A stretch of DNA of 19,591 nt from IMG/VR virus record IMGVR_UViG_2713896770_000036, one strand, 5' to 3'. The number at the start of each line of letters is the position of its first letter. Position 1 is the first letter of the stretch. The translations under genes were made by a program, and so were the position numbers. The DNA comes from a virus. Its lineage: Duplodnaviria; Heunggongvirae; Uroviricota; Caudoviricetes. This document shows, one piece after another, positions 9,263-16,969 of the stretch. The notes under the pieces were generated by a model. The model was not told the DNA's origin. It was given only the letters and a program-made list of their open reading frames with translations, and did not search any database.

Positions 9263-9680
9263 GTAACGCTGCGAGCGTTACAAGGTGAAAACAAATGGCT
9301 TCAAACTGGATAAAGCTCGAGGTTATTACGCCGGATAAGCCGGAAATATTCAGGCTTGCTGAGATTCTGAATATTGATCCAGATGCCGCATTAGGGAAGG
9401 TTATTCGCTTCTGGGCATGGGCGGATCAACAAATGATAGACGGTAATGCAGATTGTAACGCTCGCGGCGTTACAAAAAGTGCAATAGACCGCATCACTTT
9501 TATGGCTGGTTTTGCTGATGCGTTAATTCAGGTTGGATGGCTGGTCGAAAATGACGGTGGGCTTTCTCTACCTAACTTTGAACGTCATAACGGAAAAAGC
9601 TCTAAAAAACGGGCGGTTACAAACGAGCGAGTTACAAAAATACGCGAACTGAAACGAAAAGGTAACGCTGGCAGCGTTAC
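9263..9680. repeat. Four copies of a ~19-bp palindromic motif GTAACGCT-n3-AGCGTTAC (one degenerate) in and just upstream of the replication initiator gene; candidate origin iterons/initiator binding sites
   Basis: 9263-9281 gtaacgctgcgagcgttac; 9455-9473 gtaacgctcgcggcgttac; 9616-9635 gttacaaacgagcgagttac (degenerate); 9662-9680 gtaacgctggcagcgttac (perfect palindrome). Confidence 0.5.
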
Positions 9681-10083
9681 ACAAACGGATCAAAAAGCGT
9701 TACCAGAGGAAGAGGAAGAGGAAGATATAAATACTGATCTCCCCCTAAATCCCCCTCGCCAAAAACGAGCGTCTAAAAAATTCGAGCCGGAGGCTATCGA
9801 GCTGCCTGACTGGTTGCCGGAAACACTCTGGCATGAGTGGGTTAAGTTCAGGCAGGCATTGCGAAAACCGATTCGAACGGAGCAGGGCGCTAACGGGGCG
9901 ATACGGGAGCTGGAAAAATTCCGTCAGCAGGGTTTTACACCTGAGCAGGTGATTCGACACAGCATCGCCAATGAATACCAGGGCCTGTTCGCGCCGAAAG
10001 GTGTTCGGCCTGAGACGTTGCTCCGACAGGTTAACACTGTCTCGTTGCCGGACAGTGCGATCCCGCCAGGCTTCAGGGGGTAA
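9295..10083 (+). CDS. Replication initiation protein (YdaU/DUF1376-like, lambda O functional analogue)
   Basis: 262 aa; position immediately upstream of a DnaC-like gene; contains the palindromic repeats within its 5' half, as lambda ori lies within O; acidic linker EEEEEED. Family from memory. Confidence 0.75.
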   Translation: MASNWIKLEVITPDKPEIFRLAEILNIDPDAALGKVIRFWAWADQQMIDGNADCNARGVTKSAIDRITFMAGFADALIQVGWLVENDGGLSLPNFERHNGKSSKKRAVTNERVTKIRELKRKGNAGSVTQTDQKALPEEEEEEDINTDLPLNPPRQKRASKKFEPEAIELPDWLPETLWHEWVKFRQALRKPIRTEQGANGAIRELEKFRQQGFTPEQVIRHSIANEYQGLFAPKGVRPETLLRQVNTVSLPDSAIPPGFRG

Positions 10084-10089
10084 CGGACC

Positions 10090-10836
10090 ATGAAAAATAT
10101 TGCGACAGGCGGCGTTCTGGAACGCATCCGCCGACTGACCCCGCCACATGTAACCGCCCCATTCAGAACGGTAGCGGAGTGGCGCGAGTGGCAACTTGCT
10201 GAAGGCCAGAAACGTAGCGAGGAGATCAACCGCCTGAATCGCCAGTTGCGGGTGGAAAAAATTCTGAATCGTTCAGGCATCCAGCCGTTGCACCGTAAAT
10301 GCTCGTTTGCGAATTACCAGGTGCAGAACGACGGCCAGCGATACGCGTTAAGCCAGGCGAAATCCATCGCCGATGAACTGATGACCGGGTGTACAAATTT
10401 TGCGTTCAGCGGAAAACCTGGTACCGGGAAGAATCACTTAGCGGCAGCTATCGGGAATCGCCTGCTGAAAGACGGTCAGACAGTGATTGTGGTTACCGTG
10501 GCTGATGTTATGAGCGCCCTGCACGCCAGCTATGACGACGGGCAGTCAGGCGAAAAATTTTTGCGGGAGCTGTGCGAAGTAGATCTGCTGGTTCTTGATG
10601 AAATTGGCATTCAGCGCGAGACGAAAAACGAGCAGGTGGTGCTGCACCAGATTGTTGATCGCCGGACAGCGTCGATGCGCAGCGTGGGGATGCTGACAAA
10701 CCTGAACTATGAGGCCATGAAAACATTGCTCGGCGAGCGGATTATGGATCGCATGACCATGAACGGCGGGCGATGGGTGAATTTTAACTGGGAGAGCTGG
10801 CGTCCGAATGTCGTCCAGCCAGGAATTGCGAAGTGA
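10090..10836 (+). CDS. DnaC-like helicase loader (AAA+ ATPase, IstB-like; YdaV-like)
   Basis: 248 aa; Walker [14 protein letters not shown], Walker [10 protein letters not shown]; follows the initiator gene by 6 bp. Confidence 0.9.
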   Translation: MKNIATGGVLERIRRLTPPHVTAPFRTVAEWREWQLAEGQKRSEEINRLNRQLRVEKILNRSGIQPLHRKCSFANYQVQNDGQRYALSQAKSIADELMTGCTNFAFSGKPGTGKNHLAAAIGNRLLKDGQTVIVVTVADVMSALHASYDDGQSGEKFLRELCEVDLLVLDEIGIQRETKNEQVVLHQIVDRRTASMRSVGMLTNLNYEAMKTLLGERIMDRMTMNGGRWVNFNWESWRPNVVQPGIAK

Positions 10837-10858
10837 TTTTTACCGGGAGGAAATTTTA

Positions 10859-10990
10859 ATGGAGACTGTTTTTGACGCACTGAAAGCGATGGGAAAAGCC
10901 ACATCCATAGAACTTGCTGCGCGACTTGATATCAGTCGTGAAAAAGTGCTGAACGAACTATGGGAACTGAAAAAAGGCTGGTTTCGTTGA
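10859..10990 (+). CDS. Small hypothetical protein (43 aa), winged-helix-like
   Basis: ATG at 10859 with GGAGG SD 8 nt upstream; the track ORF 10808..10990 would overlap the helicase loader so the downstream start is preferred. Confidence 0.4.
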   Translation: METVFDALKAMGKATSIELAARLDISREKVLNELWELKKGWFR

Positions 10991-11012
10991 TAAAAGCGCG
11001 TATACCTGGCGT

Positions 11013-11621
11013 GTGGCTGATAACAACGTTCAGCAGGAACAGCCAGCGCCGGCAGAACTGCCGGAAGAAACTACCACGGCAACAGTCGCGAAAATTTCAG
11101 AGAGCGATTTAACTGCGACGATTGAACAACGTGGACCACAAACGGCGGATGAGCTGGCTACATTGTTTGGTACCACATCACGCAAAGTGGCTTCAACGTT
11201 GGCAATGGCAATCAGCAAAGGTCGTCTGATTCGCGTAAATCAGGGCGGTAAATTTCGTTACTGCATACCGGGCGATAATTTACCAGCAGAGCCGAAAGCA
11301 GCATCGGTAGCGGAAACTGATGGTAAGGCCTTTCCTCAGCCCGCAGGTGTTGCGTTACCAGTACAGGAGGCTGCAACACAGGAAGATATTAAAACAGAAA
11401 CTGTGGCGGACATTGTGCAGTCGCTGCCATCGTTTACTGAAACGCGAGCGGATGACCTGGTTTTACCATCACTGCATATGGCAAACCGCGAACTGCGTCG
11501 GGCGAAAAATCATGTCCAGAAGTGGGAGCGTGTCTGCGCCGCGCTGCGTGAGTTGAACAAGCACAGGGATATTGTACGACAGATTACTGATTCTTCCCGC
11601 CATGTTGCATCGGAAAAGTGA
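11013..11621 (+). CDS. Hypothetical protein (202 aa)
   Basis: ORF with GTG start at 11013; N-terminal segment [29 protein letters not shown] resembles the small upstream ORF motif; no family recognised. Confidence 0.55.
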   Translation: MADNNVQQEQPAPAELPEETTTATVAKISESDLTATIEQRGPQTADELATLFGTTSRKVASTLAMAISKGRLIRVNQGGKFRYCIPGDNLPAEPKAASVAETDGKAFPQPAGVALPVQEAATQEDIKTETVADIVQSLPSFTETRADDLVLPSLHMANRELRRAKNHVQKWERVCAALRELNKHRDIVRQITDSSRHVASEK

Positions 11622-11636
11622 TTGCCGGAGGCGCTT

Positions 11637-12098
11637 ATGGCAAAAGTATTTACACAAGAAGAGCGGGAAAAAATTAAGGGGAAGGTTGTTGAGCTCGTGC
11701 GCCAGAGTGGGCGCGAGACGTTACGACAACTGGAAGCTAAGACAGGTGCGACAAGGTATCTGATGAGTGTTCTTGCCAGAGAGCTGGTTGCCAGTGGCGA
11801 TTTATACAACTCCGGCTACGGGTTATTTCCGTCTGAACAGGCACGTAAGGACTGGATAAAGGCCCGCAAAAAGATGTCGAAAGCAGCAGTGAAAAAAAAG
11901 AGCGACCCGGACCTGGTTTATTCATTACCAGACGGAGAAATACGCCGCTATGACAGGCGTCTGAACATAATCTGTCGCGAGTGTCGGAGGAGCGAAGCTA
12001 TGCAGCGCGTACTGGCGTTTTACCAGAATGGTTTTCGAGAGATATTCGGTGAACAGGTTATGCATGAGGGAAATCATGGCACTCAGGGCAGTGTGTAG
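11637..12098 (+). CDS. Hypothetical protein (153 aa)
   Basis: ATG at 11637 with GGAGG SD; basic, with C-x2-C (ICRECRR); last gene before the AT-rich insert. Confidence 0.55.
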   Translation: MAKVFTQEEREKIKGKVVELVRQSGRETLRQLEAKTGATRYLMSVLARELVASGDLYNSGYGLFPSEQARKDWIKARKKMSKAAVKKKSDPDLVYSLPDGEIRRYDRRLNIICRECRRSEAMQRVLAFYQNGFREIFGEQVMHEGNHGTQGSV

Positions 12099-12334
12099 GC
12101 ACGTTGACGGTAGAAAGCATATGGGGGATCGATCGTTCTTGTTATGCTGTAAGAGCGAAAGCGCAGGCGCTGGGTATCAACAGGATGTTACGGGGTGACT
12201 TTCACTTGAGCTAGTGGGATCAATTTTACTGTTGGGGTGGGGGGACGTTAAGTTGCTGACAATTTCGAAATGTTTTTGATAAAGGCAGCGATTTTCTTTG
12301 ATGGAGGGGCTACAAAAAATTTTTCATGTGAAAT

Positions 12335-13501
12335 ATGATATCTGCGATGTTATCAAATGTGAAAATATTTATGAATCTGCAAAAAAGAAGAAAAGTTCAA
12401 AAACTAAACTATCGCGGGCAAGTTTCGAAACTGAAGAGGGGGATATTTAATTCTCTGAAAAGCACGGATTGGGAAGGAGTAGAAAATGCGAAGAGAAAAC
12501 TGGAATATTACAAACGCACTCGTAAGCTACGAGTCTCGAAGAAAAAGTTGACAACAAGTAATAAAAGGGTGGTTTTTTCTGCTCCGATATCTATTAATTA
12601 TTACAACGATCGTGATTTTGAAATCATGAATAAATTTTTAAATAATTTACGCGATTGCGTGTTGAAGAATAATCGTGTTTATATAGATTTTTCTTCAACT
12701 AAATATATAAGTGCAGCTGCTATGTTATCTTTTCTCGCTGAAGTTGATGTGCTTATTAAGAAAAGTGAATTTGGAGTAAATGCCATAGGGTTTTCACATC
12801 CGAAAGACAAGAAAATTGAAAGCATTTTGAATCAAGTCGGTTTCTATGATCTATTAAGGAAACCTAAAAGAGAAACTGAAAGTTATGATGATGTGACTTT
12901 TTGGAAATATACATCAGGTTCTTGTTCTGAGCCTCTTTTAGCAAAAGAAATGATGGTGGAAATAAAAAAAGAGTTAGAAAGAAAATCATCAAAAAAATTA
13001 TACCGTGGCTTTACTGAGGCCATGTCTAATTCTGTCGAGCATGCTTATGTTGATGATTTTATGCATACGGAAGATGACGAAACAGCTAAGTGGTGGACCT
13101 TTGCTGGCATACATGACAAAAATCTTACAGTGGTAATATGTGATAAAGGAGTGGGAATACCTTCAACATTGCCTAAAACACAAGGTGTAAGTGTGCTAAT
13201 GAACATCTTCAAAAAACTTAGAGTTCCATTAGCAAATGTAAAGGATTCTACTTATATAAAGGCTTCCACGTTACTTCAGGAAACGAGGACTGGGGAGCTG
13301 AACCGAGGTAAAGGCTTGAATGATATCAAATCGGTAATCGATTCAATAGGTGATGGTTTTATGGGGATTTTTTCATCAAAAGGGCGCTATATTTACAAAG
13401 GGAAAACTGGCATTATTAACGAAGTGCTTAGAGATTACAAAAGCTCTGTTAATGGTACTATAATTGAATGGACAATTCCTTGTGAGGTGGAAACTGAGTA
13501 G
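12335..13501 (+). CDS. GHKL/HATPase_c-type ATPase or Ser-kinase-like protein (SpoIIAB/RsbW-like C-terminal domain) with basic N-terminus and STAS-like central segment; gene 1 of candidate defence operon
   Basis: 388 aa; Bergerat-fold motifs read from the translation: N-box TEAMSNSVEHA, G1 ICDKGVGIP, G2 NRGKGLNDI, GT motif VNGTIIEW; K/R-rich residues ~15-80; AT-rich codon usage unlike flanking genes. Start codon uncertain (ATGs at 12335, 12347, 12371). Confidence 0.8.
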   Translation: MISAMLSNVKIFMNLQKRRKVQKLNYRGQVSKLKRGIFNSLKSTDWEGVENAKRKLEYYKRTRKLRVSKKKLTTSNKRVVFSAPISINYYNDRDFEIMNKFLNNLRDCVLKNNRVYIDFSSTKYISAAAMLSFLAEVDVLIKKSEFGVNAIGFSHPKDKKIESILNQVGFYDLLRKPKRETESYDDVTFWKYTSGSCSEPLLAKEMMVEIKKELERKSSKKLYRGFTEAMSNSVEHAYVDDFMHTEDDETAKWWTFAGIHDKNLTVVICDKGVGIPSTLPKTQGVSVLMNIFKKLRVPLANVKDSTYIKASTLLQETRTGELNRGKGLNDIKSVIDSIGDGFMGIFSSKGRYIYKGKTGIINEVLRDYKSSVNGTIIEWTIPCEVETE

Positions 13502-13502
13502 T

Positions 13503-13817
13503 ATGAAAATTATAAAAGTAGCCAGTCGTTATCCTTGCCCAGGACCTCGTTTTAAAAGATTGGGGCCCGCTTCTGGTGAGGAGTTTCGTGAGTGGGTAGA
13601 AAGAGAGCTTAAACATTCACCAGATCTAACAATAGACCTTGATGGAACGGAGGGGTATGGTTCTTCTTTCTTGGAGGAGTGCTTTGGCGGATTGATTAGG
13701 CGTGGCGTGAGTCCTGATAAGGTTAAAGGGATTAAATTTATCTCAGAAGAAGAACCTGAGTTAATTGACGAGATAAATGAATATATCGAGGACGCTATAA
13801 AGGTATCTCATGGCTAA
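13503..13817 (+). CDS. Small STAS-like (anti-sigma-antagonist/DUF4325-like) protein; gene 2 of candidate defence operon
   Basis: 104 aa from ATG 13503 (track ORF 13464 trimmed); TAGtATG stop/start junction with gene 1; motif DLTIDLDGTEGYGSSFLEECFGG resembles the SpoIIAA-type phospho-acceptor region. Confidence 0.7.
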   Translation: MKIIKVASRYPCPGPRFKRLGPASGEEFREWVERELKHSPDLTIDLDGTEGYGSSFLEECFGGLIRRGVSPDKVKGIKFISEEEPELIDEINEYIEDAIKVSHG

Positions 13818-14328
13818 TTCAAGTATCCAGGTCTGTACTTGGAGTGCAGACTTTTGGTGTAAGTTTTTTTCTTTGTTTAAAGATGAAAATCAGTATGTAA
13901 CTTGGTTTTTAGTTTTAGTTGGATGGGGGATTACGGCATATATTGCTTATCTCCAAACCACAAAAAGTAGAGGAGATGCTATTAAAGATGCTCATAATGA
14001 ATGGATCGGTGAGTTTAGACAAAAACTGGAGTTGCTTGAGGATTTTGCCTTAGAGTTCTGGGCTGAAGATAATAATAAAGAACCTACACTGGCGTTAGCA
14101 AAAATGAGTAGGGAGGTTAAGAGTTTAACTACTATCGCTAAAGAAATTGAAAGGGCCGGTGGTGAAAAATATAAGGCAAAATTGTTTAAGGAATTACGCC
14201 AAGCCATGACATATGATAGTGATGTTCACAACCGACCTCTAAGACCTGATTGTATGCAAATTGTTAGGATTAGAGAAACATGTGCAAGTTTGAGAAGTGC
14301 GTACGGGCGCAAAAGCTTGACTGAATAA
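13810..14328 (+). CDS. Small membrane protein with one predicted TM helix; gene 3 of candidate defence operon (possible effector)
   Basis: 172 aa; ATG 13810 overlaps the gene 2 stop by 8 nt; hydrophobic segment YVTWFLVLVGWGITAYIAYL followed by a charged, helix-prone C-terminal domain. Confidence 0.7.
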   Translation: MANSSIQVCTWSADFWCKFFSLFKDENQYVTWFLVLVGWGITAYIAYLQTTKSRGDAIKDAHNEWIGEFRQKLELLEDFALEFWAEDNNKEPTLALAKMSREVKSLTTIAKEIERAGGEKYKAKLFKELRQAMTYDSDVHNRPLRPDCMQIVRIRETCASLRSAYGRKSLTE

Positions 14329-14454
14329 CCTCATATTGCTGAGTAGCTGGTACTGCATATTATTATGAAAACACATCGTGGTTTTTATATAAAAGCTGCT
14401 TATTATTAAGAGATCTGTTTTATGTTTTTGGCTAGTAAAATGTGATTCTTAACT

Positions 14455-14483
14455 TAAATGTTCCCTTACACTAGATTTATAAT
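14455..14483 (+). promoter_or_regulatory. Candidate promoter for the hok/mok transcript
   Basis: Perfect -10 hexamer TATAAT at 14478-14483 in an AT-rich stretch; -35 is weak (taaatg), so tentative. Confidence 0.3.
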
Positions 14484-14599
14484 ATCATCGTGTGATTTAT
14501 AAACTATGCATTAGTAATAATTAATTTTTCGGAAAAATAGTTAAGTAAAATTGCTGCGTGTGCTTGAGGCTATCTGCCTCGGGCATGAACACCAACGGC

Positions 14600-14700
14600 A
14601 GATAGAGAAAAGCCCAGTTAACATTACGCGTCCCGCAAGACGTTTAATATTAAACTTAGGCCAATTTCATGCTAGACACATGGATGTTAGCCTCTTACGT
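14600..14700 (-). ncRNA. Putative Sok-like antisense RNA region (inferred from hok/sok paradigm)
   Basis: Position opposite the mok start/hok leader; on the minus strand TTGCCT-n17-TAACAT is a possible promoter. Coordinates are approximate and not supported by structure analysis. Confidence 0.2.
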
Positions 14701-14874
14701 GCCGAAAGGCAAGGAGAAGCAGGCTATGAAGCAGCAAAAGGCGATGTTAGTCGCCCTGATCGTCATCTGTTTAACCGTCATAGTGACGGCACTGGTAACG
14801 AGGAAAGACCTCTGCGAGGTACGAATCCGAACCGGCCAGACGGAGGTCGCTGTCTTCACAGCTTACGAACCTGA
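14680..14874 (+). CDS. mok: mok-like overlapping reading frame (modulator of killing)
   Basis: ATG 14680, 64 codons overlapping hok in another frame, as in R1 hok/mok/sok; the longer track ORF from TTG 14551 is considered an overcall. Confidence 0.4.
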   Translation: MDVSLLRAERQGEAGYEAAKGDVSRPDRHLFNRHSDGTGNEERPLRGTNPNRPDGGRCLHSLRT

Positions 14875-14881
14875 GGAGTAA
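14726..14881 (+). CDS. hok: Hok/Gef-family membrane toxin (type I toxin)
   Basis: 51 aa MKQQKAMLVALIVICLTVIVTALVTRKDLCEVRIRTGQTEVAVFTAYEPEE, recognisably HokD/RelF/Gef-like; AAGGAG SD at 14711-14716; track ORF 14669 trimmed to the Met at 14726. Confidence 0.9.
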   Translation: MKQQKAMLVALIVICLTVIVTALVTRKDLCEVRIRTGQTEVAVFTAYEPEE

Positions 14882-14950
14882 GAGACCAGGCGAGGGAGGA
14901 ATCCCTCGCCACCTCTGATGTGTCAGGCATCCTCAACGCACCCGCACTTA

Positions 14951-14973
14951 ACCCGCTTCGGCGGGTTTTTTGT
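14951..14973 (+). terminator. Rho-independent terminator of the hok transcript
   Basis: acccgc-ttcg-gcgggt followed by a T-run. Confidence 0.6.
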
Positions 14974-15155
14974 TGCGTGCTGAATGCGTAGGGTGAAAAA
15001 TAACCATATATTAGATTATATACACAACAAAAAATAAAAGTCATTGTACCTGCACATTAAACAATCAAATATACGGCGTGAAATAAATATTTTTCAGATT
15101 AATATTTTTGTCTCTATGTGGATATAACCTTTTGTACTTATAAACTGGGGGCATC

Positions 15156-15368
15156 GTGGAAAAAATAAAGAAACTATTTAGTAGCAAATACGCAGTCATA
15201 CGTCGTGATGACCTGTCAGTTATAGTCGAAATGGATTACTTCCCTGAAACCCCAAAATCAATGATGTATCGTAATGGTCGAAAGGCAATTTTTTTACCGA
15301 TGAGGGTAAGTGACATTATGGGAAATGATAAACTGCTGGATGAATTGCGAGTCAGAGCATCCTGTTAG
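15156..15368 (+). CDS. Small hypothetical protein (70 aa, GTG start)
   Basis: ORF after an AT-rich gap; possible SD ctggggg; no family recognised; start uncertain. Confidence 0.4.
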   Translation: MEKIKKLFSSKYAVIRRDDLSVIVEMDYFPETPKSMMYRNGRKAIFLPMRVSDIMGNDKLLDELRVRASC

Positions 15369-15439
15369 TATTGGCATTAATTCTGTTATACTACATAACG
15401 GGCTGAACACCCATTCTACTGCGCCAGCGGAGAACTACG

Positions 15440-16039
15440 ATGGCGCATATACAACTGGTCAAACAAACCTCTTCCGGATTACTTCTCCCGGCGACACCGG
15501 AGAGTTGCGATTTTTTGCATCAAATCAAAATAGGTGAGTGGATACACGCGGACTTTAAGCGAGTGCGTAACTACGCGTTCCACAAGCGTTTTTTCAAACT
15601 CCTGCAACTGGGATTCGATTACTGGACTCCGAACGGTGGGGCGATCACGCCTCGAGAACGAGAACTGGTGTCCGGTTTCGTTGAGTATCTGTGCGAATCA
15701 GTTGGTCGGGAACACACTCCAGCCCTGAGCGAAGCCGCAGAGCAATATCTGAATGCCGTTGCGACACGCAGAACCCGGGATACGGCATTGCTTAAGTCAT
15801 TTGACGCTTTCCGCGAATGGGTAACCATTCAGGCCGGATTTTACACCGAACATTTTTATCCGGACGGTAGTCGTGGGCGCAGGGCAAAATCTATCGCATT
15901 TGCGAACATGGACGAAACCGAGTTTCAGCAGGTTTATAAATCTGTACTGAATGTGCTGTGGAACTGGATCCTGTTCCGTAAATTTTCCTCTCCTGAGGAA
16001 GTCGAAAATGTGGCCGCACAGTTACTGGAGTTTGCGTAA
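15440..16039 (+). CDS. nin-region phage protein of unknown function (199 aa; possibly DUF1367-like)
   Basis: ATG 15440 with GGAG SD; immediately upstream of and abutting the YbcO-like gene; family guess from memory. Confidence 0.65.
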   Translation: MAHIQLVKQTSSGLLLPATPESCDFLHQIKIGEWIHADFKRVRNYAFHKRFFKLLQLGFDYWTPNGGAITPRERELVSGFVEYLCESVGREHTPALSEAAEQYLNAVATRRTRDTALLKSFDAFREWVTIQAGFYTEHFYPDGSRGRRAKSIAFANMDETEFQQVYKSVLNVLWNWILFRKFSSPEEVENVAAQLLEFA

Positions 16040-16329
16040 TGGTGGATTTACGTAAAGCGGCGCGGGGGCAGATGTGCACCGTCAGAATTCCTGGCTACTG
16101 CAATCACAATCCCGAAACTTCTGTGCTGGCGCATTACAGGCTGGCGGGGACGTGCGGAACAGCGACAAAACCACACGATATGCAGGCAGCGATTGCCTGC
16201 AGCTCATGCCACGATTTAATCGACGGGCGGGTAAAAACCAGCGATTACACCAAAGAAGAATTACGCCTGATGCATGCAGAAGGTGTTTTTCGTACGCAAG
16301 AAATCTGGAGAAAGGAAGGTTATTTATGA
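16039..16329 (+). CDS. YbcO-like protein (DUF1364, predicted metal-binding nuclease)
   Basis: 96 aa MVDLRKAARGQMCTVRIPGYCNHNPETSVLAHYRL... matches my recollection of DLP12 YbcO (same length, conserved Cys/His pattern). Confidence 0.8.
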   Translation: MVDLRKAARGQMCTVRIPGYCNHNPETSVLAHYRLAGTCGTATKPHDMQAAIACSSCHDLIDGRVKTSDYTKEELRLMHAEGVFRTQEIWRKEGYL

Positions 16330-16880
16330 TTTACCCAACAAATACAGGCAAAAGCGGGGAACACCTTCGTCTCACCACGCTGGAAAGTGTCTGGATTCAG
16401 GGAAAACTGCGCATGTGGGGGCGCTGGTCGTATATTGGCGGCGGTAAGACGGGAAATATGTTCAACCAGTTGCTGACCTCTAAAAAGCTGACAAAAACGG
16501 CAATTAACGAGGCGCTCCGGAGGATGAAAAAAGCAGGTCTGGACAAACCTGAACTTGAGGCTTTTTTGCGGGATATGATCAACGGCAAGCAAAAAAGCTG
16601 GCTGGTGCATTGTACTGATGCAGAGGCGTTATGCATTGATCGTGTGATTAGTGAAGTGCTGGCAGAACACCCAGGATTGATTTGTATCCTCCGGCAACGA
16701 TATGAAGGGAGGGGGATGACTAAGCGAAAAATGGCTGAATTGCTGAATGATTCACACCCTGAGTGGTGTTACGCCACGTGCCGTAATCGCATAGATGCGT
16801 GGTTGAAAATGGCAGAGTTTATGCTCTATCTGCCGATGCGTGATGCATTCTCTTCCGGGGATCTAAAAACCGTCTGTTGA
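16326..16880 (+). CDS. Late-gene antitermination protein Q (phage 82/QuuD-like family)
   Basis: 184 aa from ATG 16326 (ATGA overlap with the YbcO-like stop); the 268-aa track ORF 16074..16880 is the same frame read through upstream; position just before a pR'/tR'-like unit. Confidence 0.7.
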   Translation: MIYPTNTGKSGEHLRLTTLESVWIQGKLRMWGRWSYIGGGKTGNMFNQLLTSKKLTKTAINEALRRMKKAGLDKPELEAFLRDMINGKQKSWLVHCTDAEALCIDRVISEVLAEHPGLICILRQRYEGRGMTKRKMAELLNDSHPEWCYATCRNRIDAWLKMAEFMLYLPMRDAFSSGDLKTVC

Positions 16881-16906
16881 CTCAATCTGTTATCCGGGGC
16901 TATATT
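16877..16906 (+). promoter_or_regulatory. Candidate late promoter pR' (with presumed qut site)
   Basis: TTGACT (16877-16882) - 18 bp - TATATT (16901-16906) directly after the Q-like gene. Confidence 0.55.
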
Positions 16907-16969
16907 CCTCACGCGCCAGCAAAATCTGGCGTCGGGATTAGCACCCCGGATGTTTACGGAGCGATATGA

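Noticed and set aside
9745..10280. Minus-strand ORFs 9745..10194 and 9924..10280 opposite the replication genes
   Set aside because: Antisense to the initiator and DnaC-like genes (Walker motifs support the plus-strand frame); Arg/Ser-rich shadow composition.
12240..12335. Promoter call for the three-gene operon (TTGCTG / CTGACA with TGATAA-like -10)
   Set aside because: Hexamers are weak and spacing ambiguous, so I could not support a specific promoter; the GGAGGGG at 12304-12310 is also too far from ATG 12335 to be a confident SD.
16074..16880. 268-aa track ORF spanning the YbcO-like gene and the Q gene
   Set aside because: It is the Q frame read back to an upstream start inside the YbcO-like gene; the ATG at 16326 with ATGA coupling gives a typical-length Q protein, so the extension is an overcall.
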